Made by a program: the position numbers and the translations under genes. From positions 3,023-67,022 of the forward strand of contig CAWHNS010000015.1 in the NCBI GenBank assembly GCA_963830715.1: DNA of 64,000 bases. The letters are read 5' to 3'. Positions 11,757 to 20,541 of the stretch are shown piece by piece (within the stretch, counting starts at the first letter, position 1; each line of letters begins with the position of its first letter). The notes under the pieces are model-generated. The model did not search any database. It had not been told where the DNA came from and saw nothing but the letters and a program-made list of their open reading frames with translations. Source of the stretch: an uncultured delta proteobacterium. Its GTDB lineage: Bacteria > Desulfobacterota > Binatia > Binatales > Binataceae.

Positions 11757-12635
11757 TCAGTTTGGATTTTCCGCCTTCTCCCGCGCTTCCCATTCGTCCA
11801 CGATCCCGACCACATCTTCAAGCGAGTAGAGCCGGTCTGCGACCCCGGCTTCCATCGCGGAAGTGCATCGCAATGTCTTGTGAATCCGCACGAAGTTATA
11901 CCAGACCGCGTAGAGCGCAACCATGTGACAGTGGTTCTCGAATTTCTTTGAGAACGCATTGGTCAGCCGGGTAAATCGGCGCATGTGCATCCGCATGGTG
12001 AGATTCGAGCGTTTGACGTAGCTGGTCGAGATGTGCGCGGGATCGGGATTGCCGCGAACCACTTCATGCTTCGCCCCAAAGCAGATCGCCGGACTATAGC
12101 GCGTCTCCGGGCCGCTTGGGGCCACGCCGTACAGCTTGACCAGCATCGCGTAGTCGATCGGGTCTTTGAGAAAGCCGACGCCGAACGCTTCCGCAACCGC
12201 GTACAGATAGGCTCTGTGGCCATCCGTGGTTAGCTGGACGCGATTCGCCAGTCTCGCCGCCGCATCGTTCATGAACACGCGGGCCGCTTGCGCGTCGCGT
12301 GCGCCGATGAACCACGAGATGATCAACTTGCTGTCCGCATCAAGCGCGGTCCAGGTCCATGTATCGCCCACATTTTCGGGCCGATCTGCTTTCGCCTTGG
12401 CCTGCTTTTCCTTCATCCCGCAGAACGACCAGATTTCATCGCACTGGATGTGCTTCGATTTCACGTCGCGAACGGTGCGGTCGTGGAAATCCGCGCACGC
12501 TTGACCGGCAAGCACTAGCTCGCGCGTCACGGTATTGATCGAAACATCGACCAGCCGCGAGACGGAGCGCATCGAAGACCCCTCGCAGAGCAGAGAGAGA
12601 ATCTGGACGCGCTTGGCGATGGGCAATCTGTTCAT
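11757..12635 (-). CDS. IS1-family DDE transposase (single ORF)
   Basis: N-terminal HTH (LLCEGSSMRSVSRL), QCDEIWSF, LTTDG, RRFTRLTNAFSKK; stop lies inside the terminal repeat. Confidence 0.88.
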   Translation of the reverse strand: MNRLPIAKRVQILSLLCEGSSMRSVSRLVDVSINTVTRELVLAGQACADFHDRTVRDVKSKHIQCDEIWSFCGMKEKQAKAKADRPENVGDTWTWTALDADSKLIISWFIGARDAQAARVFMNDAAARLANRVQLTTDGHRAYLYAVAEAFGVGFLKDPIDYAMLVKLYGVAPSGPETRYSPAICFGAKHEVVRGNPDPAHISTSYVKRSNLTMRMHMRRFTRLTNAFSKKFENHCHMVALYAVWYNFVRIHKTLRCTSAMEAGVADRLYSLEDVVGIVDEWEAREKAENPN

Positions 12636-12639
12636 GCCC

Positions 12640-12673
12640 ACATAATATGAAATTCTTGCTTGAGTGTCAAGCA
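12640..12673 (-). promoter_or_regulatory. Putative transposase promoter with palindrome TGCTTGA-GTG-TCAAGCA over the -35
   Basis: Minus strand TTGACA...TATTAT just upstream of the ATG; 7-bp inverted repeat 12657-12663/12667-12673. Confidence 0.55.
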
Positions 12674-12696
12674 TAATATTCAGGTCAAATAGAGCC

Positions 12697-12730
12697 AAAA
12701 AGAAAGGCCCCGTTCTCGGGGCCTCTTTCT
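12697..12730. terminator. Intrinsic terminator ending the passenger operon
   Basis: AGGCCCCG/CGGGGCCT hairpin flanked by an A-run (U-tract on minus strand) and TCTTTCT. Confidence 0.7.
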
Positions 12731-12755
12731 CATACCACGGGCGCTGGACGCGATT

Positions 12756-13011
12756 TTACTTTTTCGGGTTCACCTTGGCCGCATCGAGAGCTATTTCACT
12801 TTCCTTATCAGCCTTTTGCAGACCGACACTGAGGATCGGAATGATGGCCGCAGGAACGATACCGGTGCCGGGGGGCGGGGGTGCTACATTCGCACCGGCC
12901 AAGGCAAGTTGAAATGCCAGACTCCAGATTCCTTCGTGCAGTTCTTGCTTTCGGATCATGAGCTCGAACGAGTTCTTTGTGCGAAAAAACGTATTGCGTA
13001 GCCTCTGCCAT
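12756..13011 (-). CDS. Small hypothetical protein (about 84 aa), third gene of the hicAB operon, one-base frameshift near 12967
   Basis: Joining two ORFs gives MAEATQYVFSHKELVELMIRKQELHEGIWSLAFQL...VNPKK; AAGGAG RBS overlaps the hicB stop. Confidence 0.7.
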
Positions 13012-13024
13012 ATCGCAGAACTCC

Positions 13025-13762
13025 TTACTTCTTGGTTTGAGTTCGCCCGAGATCGGCGGGTCCTGGTAACGTAGTTAACAGATACCCCATGCCGCCCATC
13101 GGTGAAATGTTTGTTAGATCGGTGACGCCGCTCATCGGTGACTGGTTAGCCAATACCAAATTGGTCGGGTCAAACGCGGTAGCTCCAATTTCGATTCCGG
13201 TTCCACTTATCGAACCGGTTATCGAACCGGTTAGGTCGTAGATTGAGCTGTGTAGAGTGTAAGGCATGAATGGCGAAGCGGCTGAAACTACTCTGACGCT
13301 GTAAAAGTTCTGAATCACGTTCATTTCGATCCTGTGGGCAATTCGGTCAAAGAGATTGTCCGCACCCACCCAAGCGGCGATAGCCGTCACAAGAACTTGA
13401 TTCATGCTGACGCCGTCACGTTGAGCCTTGTATGCGGCTAGTCGATGTAGATCACGTGGAAGCCTCAACGCAATCTTTCCCGAATATGGATGATTCGCCG
13501 AAGGCGGGGGAATGTCCTGCCCTTGCTCAAGACAACTCTCAATCCATGACTCTGCGACGCTCTCCAAATTGCGGTATGCCTCATCCGGCGTTTCCCCTTC
13601 AGCTAGACATCCGGGAAACTCCAAAATCTCGGCAAAAAAACCCCCGTCAGGTTCTGGAATCAAAATTCTGGCATACGGAAGACGTAGATAGGACTTGGCG
13701 TCATTCGTTGCCGGAACCGCTACTGGAGTTGCCCGAACTGCGATTTCACCGCTCTGTTTCAT
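13025..13762 (-). CDS. hicB: HicB-family antitoxin with RHH domain and long C-terminal extension
   Basis: FFAEILEFPGCLAEGETPDEAYRNL (HicB), SGKIALRLPRDLHR...GVSMNQ (RHH), then about 100 aa S/T/G/hydrophobic tail. Confidence 0.85.
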   Translation of the reverse strand: MKQSGEIAVRATPVAVPATNDAKSYLRLPYARILIPEPDGGFFAEILEFPGCLAEGETPDEAYRNLESVAESWIESCLEQGQDIPPPSANHPYSGKIALRLPRDLHRLAAYKAQRDGVSMNQVLVTAIAAWVGADNLFDRIAHRIEMNVIQNFYSVRVVSAASPFMPYTLHSSIYDLTGSITGSISGTGIEIGATAFDPTNLVLANQSPMSGVTDLTNISPMGGMGYLLTTLPGPADLGRTQTKK

Positions 13763-14027
13763 TCGATAGTTCTTCCTCAATTGCCCATAGGTCGCCTTCA
13801 AGCTGGGTCAGGACCGCATCTTTTGTACGATTCTTCATTGGTCGAGAATGATGCGGAATGGACAGTGATCGGCGGCCAGGCATCTCAAATATCGGATGTT
13901 TGCCGCCTTTACGCGGGGTGCGCCCGATTGCCCTTGCAAGACGTTCCAATTCACGACTCGGAACCTGCCCTTGCCCTTGAAGTTCCTCAATCGACCGCCG
14001 CAACTCCGCTATCTTCTTGGGCGTCAT
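13746..14027 (-). CDS. hicA: HicA-family toxin
   Basis: Basic 93-aa protein with GKHP...LSIPHH, overlapping the hicB start. Confidence 0.75.
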   Translation of the reverse strand: MTPKKIAELRRSIEELQGQGQVPSRELERLARAIGRTPRKGGKHPIFEMPGRRSLSIPHHSRPMKNRTKDAVLTQLEGDLWAIEEELSNETER

Positions 14028-14071
14028 GATATCATATTCAATATCATGACCACGGTCGGCGCTTTTGTCAA
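14023..14071 (-). promoter_or_regulatory. sigma70-type promoter and palindromic operator of hicAB
   Basis: TTGACA-17 nt-CATGAT; perfect 10-bp inverted repeat GTCATGATAT (14023-14032)/ATATCATGAC (14041-14050) covering the -10 and start codon. Confidence 0.75.
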
Positions 14072-14084
14072 GGAAAAGAGGGGA

Positions 14085-14324
14085 CTATCGTTTCCCAGCT
14101 TTTGCCCATCGAGCTTTTGCAGCCTTGCTGGCGATCTGTGCCCGACGTTTTTTGCTGAGCTTCGAGGCCCGCGCCCGCCCGCCCTTCAGCCCGCCCTTCC
14201 GCGCATATTCCTTCCCCGGCTCAAGCGGATTGTCCTGAATCCCGCCGGTCGCGATCCGCATGACGTGAACGGCGTTGCCGATCACGTCGGCGGGTCGGCG
14301 CTCGCCTCGCGGTCCCTTTGGCAT
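14085..14324 (-). CDS. Small basic KGG-motif protein next to the element end
   Basis: MPKGPRGERRPADVIGNAVHVMRIATG...KGGLKGGRARA...AAKARW, 79 aa. Confidence 0.75.
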   Translation of the reverse strand: MPKGPRGERRPADVIGNAVHVMRIATGGIQDNPLEPGKEYARKGGLKGGRARASKLSKKRRAQIASKAAKARWAKAGKR

Positions 14325-14410
14325 ACTGACAAGATGACATGGCGGGAGCGGTTCGCCAAGCGCCGAGATTTTCAAACTGAGACACTACCCGAAGACGCCT
14401 TCGGAAAGTC

Positions 14411-15191
14411 CTACAGCGGATGGCCCGGCATCCCGCTCTGCGCCGTTGCGCCGCCGTCCGCGACCACGATACTGCCGGTCATGAACGACGAATCGTCGCC
14501 GGCCAGGAAGAGTACGACTTTCGCGATCTCCTCGGGCTTGCCGAGCCGGCCCATCGGATGGCATTCCGCCGCGGCGCGCCGCGCGGCCTCCGGATCGCGC
14601 GCCGCGCTCAGCGCGTTGATCACCGGCGGCGTCATCACGCCGCCCGGACATACCGCGTTGACCCGGATATTCTTGCGCGCGTATTCGATCGCCGCCGTCC
14701 GCGTGAGGTTTATTACTCCCCCCTTGGCGGCGTTGTAGGCGCCGAGCATGTAGTCGCCGAACAGTCCTGAGATCGACGCGGTATTGACGATCGCGCCGCC
14801 GCCCTGCGCGACCATCTGCGGCAGTGCGAAACGCATCCCGTAGAACACGCCCGAGAGCGTCACCGAGATCGTCCTGAGCCAGCCGTCGATTTTCGATCTG
14901 ACCGACCGGCCCGTAGGTCGAGTAGAAGGCGTTGTTGTGCAGCACGTCGAGCCGGCCGAACCGATCGACCGCAAATTTGACCATCGCTTCGACCTGGCGC
15001 GGATCGCGCACGTCGGTCTTCAGGTAAGCTGCCGCCGCCCCGATCTCGCGCGCGACCCCGATGCCACCCGCGTCGTCGATATCCGCGACAATGACCTTGG
15101 CGCCCTCGGCCGCGAACAGCCGCGCGGTCGCGGCGCCGATTCCCGACGCGGCCCCCGTAATCACCGCGATTTTGCCGTCGAGTTTGCCCAT
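14411..15191 (-). CDS. SDR family oxidoreductase, frameshift near 14890
   Basis: TGAASGIG, NNA, YNAAK, RVNAVCPG. Confidence 0.9.
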
Positions 15192-15275
15192 CTAAGTACC
15201 TGCCTTTGCGGTTTCCGGAAAGCCGGAATCGCGATAGGTTGAATGCTACGTCTAGATGAAAGGACTCCCGGACCA

Positions 15276-16054
15276 ATGCTCAAGCTGTACGAACATCCGT
15301 TCTCCCCTTACGCACAGAAAGTCAAGATCGCGCTTTACGAGAAGAACATCCCATTCGAGCCCGAAGTGCCCCAGGCCTTCACCGGATCAGGCACCGACTA
15401 CGGCAAGACCAATCCGCGCCTCGAGGTGCCGGCTTTGGTGGATGATGGATTTCCGATCTTCGACTCGACGATCATCGCGCAGTACCTCGAAGACAAGTGG
15501 CCGCAGCCTCCGATGCTGCCCGAGTCGGCGCGCGACCGCGCCCGCGTCCGGATGATCGAAGATTTATGCGACACCTGTTACGAGCCGATCAATTGGGGCC
15601 TGATGGAGATCACGGCGTGGGGACGCGCGACCGGCGACCTGGCGGATCGGATCGTCGCGCGCGCCCGCCAGCAGACCGATGGCATATTCGCGTGGCTCAA
15701 TCGAGAGCTGGGTTCGCGGCCGTATTTCAACGGCGCCTCGTTCGGCTACGGCGACTTGTGCGTATATCCGTTCGTGCGCGGATCGATCACCTTCCGCAAC
15801 AGCCCCCGCCCGGCTCGGCGCTCGCCGCATGGGTCGCGCGGGTCGATCAGCGCGAGAGCGTGCGCAAGACCATCGACGCCGCGCGCCAGTTCGCAGGCAG
15901 CATGGATACGCTCAAGGAGCTGCTGAAGACGGGCGTCTTCAAGCGCCAGTATCGCGACCATCGCCTCGAATGGATGATGCGCGTCGGCGGCAGCGACATC
16001 GTACGCGACGGCCTCGCCAACAGCACGATCCGCTTCTCCCAGGAGATTTCGTAA
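15276..16054 (+). CDS. Glutathione S-transferase family protein, frameshift near 15805
   Basis: SPYAQKV, NPRLEVPAL, FDSTIIAQYLED. Confidence 0.88.
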
Positions 16055-16155
16055 GCGGGTTTGGAGAACGCCGTCGGGCACCGCTCGTGTCATGCGGCGT
16101 CGGCGCCGGCGTGGCGATATACAGTAGCGGACAGTTTTGGCGGGCGAGACTACGC

Positions 16156-16693
16156 TTAACTGTGGCCGTTAGAGGGATTGTCGGGCTCAGCGAAAAAGTC
16201 GTCGTCTTCGACGACCTCTTTACGGGACCAGGGACACTCATCCGGGAATACCGCTTCCCAGTTCGGTAGTCCTTCCATGGCAAGTCCAGCGAGCTTGCGG
16301 GCACGCGAATAGGCTTTGACTTTGAATTCGTCAAATCGGTTCTGAAGGACGAGCAGAACGAGCAAGAATATCACTGACGCGGTTTCTGTGTTCCGCTACC
16401 GTAACTCTCCATCCGCGCGCTTGTAAGCGTCTCTGGTTGTCGCTTGGTTCGTATCGCAGTTTCAACAAATGGGTTAGCAATTGCTCTAAATTGCTTTCGA
16501 GCGCGCGTTCGGTGCTGAGAGCCATGTCTTCGAGTTCCTCAGCTACCGCGTCCAGGTGTATGAGATCAAAGCGGCGACCACGGAGAAATTGGGCTTGTTC
16601 ATGGAGCCACGCGTAAAAATCCTCGTCAATACGAGTCGTCTCCACGACGGACGCATAGTGTCCACCGATTGTGGTTGGTTTTGTTTCAGCCAT
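16156..16693 (-). CDS. DUF29 family protein, frameshift near 16340
   Basis: DFYAWLHEQAQFLR...LDAVAEELEDM...LLTHLLKL...FPDECPW. Confidence 0.8.
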
Positions 16694-16858
16694 CTGATCT
16701 TTGCTTTTCCGGTCGCTCAAGTCCGGAACGTCGGTCCCGGCCTGGCGCGTAACTTGACCACGCCACAAGCCTAACGCTTCGCCCGCATTTCGCGCAAACA
16801 GGTACGGCTACCCGGACCTGGTGATCTCTCGTGCGCCCGTAGCAGGCGCCCGCCGTCC

Positions 16859-17671
16859 TCACTCCTGCGTGGCTTTGCGGGCTGCGCCGATCGCGGTTGC
16901 GTAGTCGGCGTGCTCGGGAATCGCCATCCCGCGGCCGAAGATGAAGTCGCGCTTTCTGAGCCGCTGCATGAACCGGAAAATGCGCGTGAGCTTGCCGGTC
17001 AGCACGATGTCCTGCTGATGGCACGCGCGCGCGCTCGCGAGGCTCAGCACGCCGACCACCTCGACGATCATGTTCATGATCGCCAGCGCCTTATCCTCCG
17101 AGGTTGCATCGGCCCCGATCTTGCCGAAGTTGGCGGCGGTGGCGCCGGCCGGCAAATTACCCACCGCGCCGCCCGCGATATCGCCCACGGTCAAATCGAC
17201 GCGCCGCAGGTCGCCCCGCTCCGCCATCGCCTCGAGCGTGTCGATAGTCGAAACCCCGAGCATGTGCTTGGAGAGGCCCAACAGAGTGCCTCCGCCGACA
17301 CCGGTGCCGCTGAAATGCTCGATCTTGTTGCCGCGCACGTTGACGATCGCAGTGCCCGTGCCGAGCGAGACCACCAGCGCATCTTTCTTCCCGGCCAGCC
17401 ACGTGGCACCGATTCCGATCGCGGTGAACTCGTCGACCTTGAGCACCGGCCGCCCGAGCAGCATGTCGGACAGCGCCCGCGCCCCCGCCCCGGTCGCGGC
17501 GACGCGATCGATTTGCTCCAGCCGCAACCCCAGGTCGCCGATCAGTTTGCCCAGCGCTCCGGCGGCAGCCGCAACCGGGTCGTTCGCTTCGATCGTAACT
17601 ACGTGAAGATCGCCGTTGCTGGTTACGACGGCATCGGTGGTGGAACCACCGATATCGATTCCTACGATCAT
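16859..17671 (-). CDS. Type II (Fumble/CoaW-like) pantothenate kinase
   Basis: GIDIGGS, ATGAGA, EF..IGIG, SLGTGT, GTGVGGGTLLGL, DLTVGDI, ANFGK. Confidence 0.75.
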   Translation of the reverse strand: MIVGIDIGGSTTDAVVTSNGDLHVVTIEANDPVAAAAGALGKLIGDLGLRLEQIDRVAATGAGARALSDMLLGRPVLKVDEFTAIGIGATWLAGKKDALVVSLGTGTAIVNVRGNKIEHFSGTGVGGGTLLGLSKHMLGVSTIDTLEAMAERGDLRRVDLTVGDIAGGAVGNLPAGATAANFGKIGADATSEDKALAIMNMIVEVVGVLSLASARACHQQDIVLTGKLTRIFRFMQRLRKRDFIFGRGMAIPEHADYATAIGAARKATQE

Positions 17672-17811
17672 GTGCGGGTGCCGGCTCCTGTCCAGCCCGC
17701 TTCAAACCTAGACCAGCCGCGCGCGATACTGCAACGGCCGCCGAAGGCGCACCTTAGCCGGCCCGGCTGGCTGTGCTAGCTTTCATCCTGGCGCCAGCCA
17801 TCCACTTTCCA

Positions 17812-19179
17812 ATGGCAAAGCGTAAAGCCGCACAGGACAGTCTTTTCCCATCGATCGCGAGGCCGCTGGCGGGCCAGCCGCTGGCCGACCGGATGCGTCC
17901 CGCGAGCCTCGATGAGGTCGTCGGCCAGGACCATCTGCTGGGCGCCGGGAAGCTGCTCACTATGATGGTGGCGGCGCATTCGCTGCCCTCGATGGTGCTA
18001 TGGGGACCTCCCGGCAGCGGCAAGACCACGATCGCGATGCTGCTGGCGCGCGAAGCCGGCGCGGAACTGATTTCGATCGCCGCGGTCTCTTCGGGAGTGA
18101 GCGACCTGCGCGAGGCGGTCGAGATGGCGCGGCGGCGGCATGCGATGGACGGCAAGCGCACCGTGGTCTTCATCGACGAGATCCATCGATGGAACCGCGC
18201 GCAGCAGGACGCGATGCTCCCGCACGTCGAGAGCGGACTTATCACGCTCGATCGGCGCCACCACCGAGAATCCGTCGTTCGAGGTCGTATCACCGCTGCT
18301 CTCGCGGGTCCGCGTGCTGGTGCTGCGTCCGCTCACCGAGGAGAACATCGCAACGCTGGTGCGTCGCGCGCTCCACGATACCGAACGCGGACTCGGCAAG
18401 CTCGACCTCGAGCTCCCCGCTGATGCGGAAGCGGAATTGATCGCGCTTGGCGGAGGCGACGCGCGCCGCGCGCTGAATACGCTGGAAGTCGCGGCGGAAC
18501 TGGCGCGCCACGCGGCACCAACCTCATCACGCGCGATCGCGTCGGTGAAGCCGCCCAGCACAAGGCGCTGCTCTACGACCGCGCCGGCGAAGAGCACTAC
18601 AACGTGATCTCCGCCTTCATCAAGAGCATGCGCGGCAGCGACCCCGATGCGGCGGTCTACTGGATGATCCGGATGGTCGAAGCCGGCGAGGACCCGCTGT
18701 TCATCGCGCGCCGGATGGTAATCTTCGCTTCGGAAGACGTCGGCAACGCCGACCCGCGCGCGCTCCAGGTCGCGATCGCGGTCAAGGACGCGGTCGATTT
18801 CGTGGGCCTGCCCGAGGGAGTGATCCCGCTCGCCCAGGGCGTCACCTATCTTGCGAGCGCGCCCAAGTCGAACGCCTCGTATCGCGCGATGATGGCCGCG
18901 CGCAAGGATGTCGAGCTTCACGGCGCGTTGCCCGTGCCGCTTCATCTGCGCAACGCTCCGACCCCGCTGATGCGCCGGCTGGGATACGGCGAGAACTATC
19001 TCTACCCGCACGACTACGAGGGCGCACTCGTCGAACAGAGCTATGCTCCCGACGAGCTCTCGCAAGCGCGGTACTATCTTCCATCCGATCGCGGCTACGA
19101 AACACGCATCCGCGAATACCTCGAACGCGTGCGGCGCACGAGGAACTCTGCGAGCGACAAGGGCAAGGACCGCCCCTAG
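17812..19179 (+). CDS. rarA: Replication-associated recombination protein A, frameshifted
   Basis: PLADRMRP, WGPPGSGKT, FIDEIHR, ATTENP, SAFIKSMRGSD, ASEDVGNAD. Confidence 0.93.
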
Positions 19180-19189
19180 CAATCGCTGC

Positions 19190-19325
19190 GCGAGAGCCTG
19201 TCCTGAGCGTAGTCGAAGGAAATCTCATGCCATCCGCAGTCGCGGTTGACCAATGACGCATAGGTCTCCTGAAGCGAGGTGAGAGCCGATCGCAATCGCT
19301 TCTCCCCTTCGCTTCAGGCAAGTAT
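19190..19325. repeat. REP-like element CCTGTCCTGAGCGTAGTCGAAGG with partial complementary arm
   Basis: Motif at about 19197-19219 and CCTTCGCTTCAGG near 19306-19318, between convergent rarA and HU genes. Confidence 0.4.
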
Positions 19326-19383
19326 GAGGCTCCCCCGAACGCAGACCGCGGAGCTTCTTCCGTGCGAGCCCGCGGCTCCCGGA

Positions 19384-19669
19384 CTATTTGGATCCGAGCA
19401 CCGAGTCCTTGAGTGCCTTGGCCGCCGTGAAGCGCAGCCGGGTGCGCGCGGGAATATTGATCGGTTCCCCGGTTGCGGGGTTGCGCCCGACACGCGCCTT
19501 GGTCTTGCGCTTGCGAAAGATGCCGAGTCCGGCCAGGCGCAGCGCTCCTTCCTTCTTGAGTTGCTTCACTATCAGGGCGGTGAGACTCCTCGAGGGCCGC
19601 CTTCCCCTGTTTCTTGGTGATGCCGACCTTTTCCGCGAGATGAGCCGAGACCTGCGACTGGGTCATCAA
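19384..19669 (-). CDS. HU family DNA-binding protein, frameshift near 19585
   Basis: MTQSQV..LAEKVGITKK + GLGIF...ARVGRNPATGEPINIPA. Confidence 0.9.
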
Positions 19670-19799
19670 TCCTCCTCCTTACGGCCCTTCCGGGCTCATC
19701 AAAGGGTGAACCAGTGTGACGGATTTTTCAAGGGAAGCGCATCGAAAATCCGCTTTTTTCTGCGATTTGAGCGAAGATTTGAACAGCCGCGACCCGCAG

Positions 19800-20531
19800 T
19801 CAGTAGCGGACCTCGACCAGAAACAAGCCGCACGCGGGCGCGCAGGCGGGGGCAAAAGTGCGATCGCGCCGCTCGATCAGCTCGGGCACGGCGCCCGGAT
19901 CGAGCCGCCGGCGCCCGGTCTCCACCATCGTCGCGACCATCGTTCGCACCATGTGCCGGAGAAACCCGTCAGCTTCAATCCGATACTTGAGGCGCGATCC
20001 CTCGCGCGACCATCGGCTCAGTTGAACGCATCGGACCGTGGTCCTTACCTCCGAGCCGAGCGTTCTGAAAGACGCGAAGTCGTGCCGGCCGAGGAACAAT
20101 TGCGCCGCCGCGTCCATCGCGGCCAGATCCAGCGGATCCCGCACCAGCCACGCGTAGCGATATTCGAAGGCCGAAGGGAGAGCCTGGTTCAGGATGCGAT
20201 ACTCGTACGCTCTCTGCTTCGCGTGCCGCCTGGGATCGAAGTCGTCGGCCGCCTCGGCGGCGTCGAGCACCACGATGTCAGGCGGGAGCAAGGCGTTGAG
20301 CGCGCGCCGAAGCTCGTGGCGGTCAAACAATCGCGGCAACCTGAAGGCGGCAACCTGCCCCAATGCGTGAACGCCGGCGTCGGTGCGACCCGCGCCACGC
20401 ACGCGGATTTTCTCCGCGAAGATCCGCTCCAGCGCCGCCTCGACTCGCGCCTGGATGGAATCCTGTCCGCTTTGATACTGCCAGCCCGCGTAGTTGGTGC
20501 CGTCGTACTCGATCGTGAGCTTGATCTGCAT
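19800..20531 (-). CDS. truA: tRNA pseudouridine(38-40) synthase
   Basis: YDGTNYAGWQ, AGRTDAGVHA, GFLRHMVR. Confidence 0.95.
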   Translation of the reverse strand: MQIKLTIEYDGTNYAGWQYQSGQDSIQARVEAALERIFAEKIRVRGAGRTDAGVHALGQVAAFRLPRLFDRHELRRALNALLPPDIVVLDAAEAADDFDPRRHAKQRAYEYRILNQALPSAFEYRYAWLVRDPLDLAAMDAAAQLFLGRHDFASFRTLGSEVRTTVRCVQLSRWSREGSRLKYRIEADGFLRHMVRTMVATMVETGRRRLDPGAVPELIERRDRTFAPACAPACGLFLVEVRY

Positions 20532-20541
20532 CTTGGCGCGA

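Larger units (their letters stand above)
11748..14389 (-). mobile_element. IS1-family element carrying passenger genes
   Basis: Left end GGTGGTGTCTCAGTTTGGA (11748-11766) versus right end TTCAAACTGAGACACTACC (14371-14389) is a 17/19 inverted repeat; GAAGACG is repeated directly at 11741-11747 and 14391-14397; interior is visibly less GC-rich. Confidence 0.85.
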
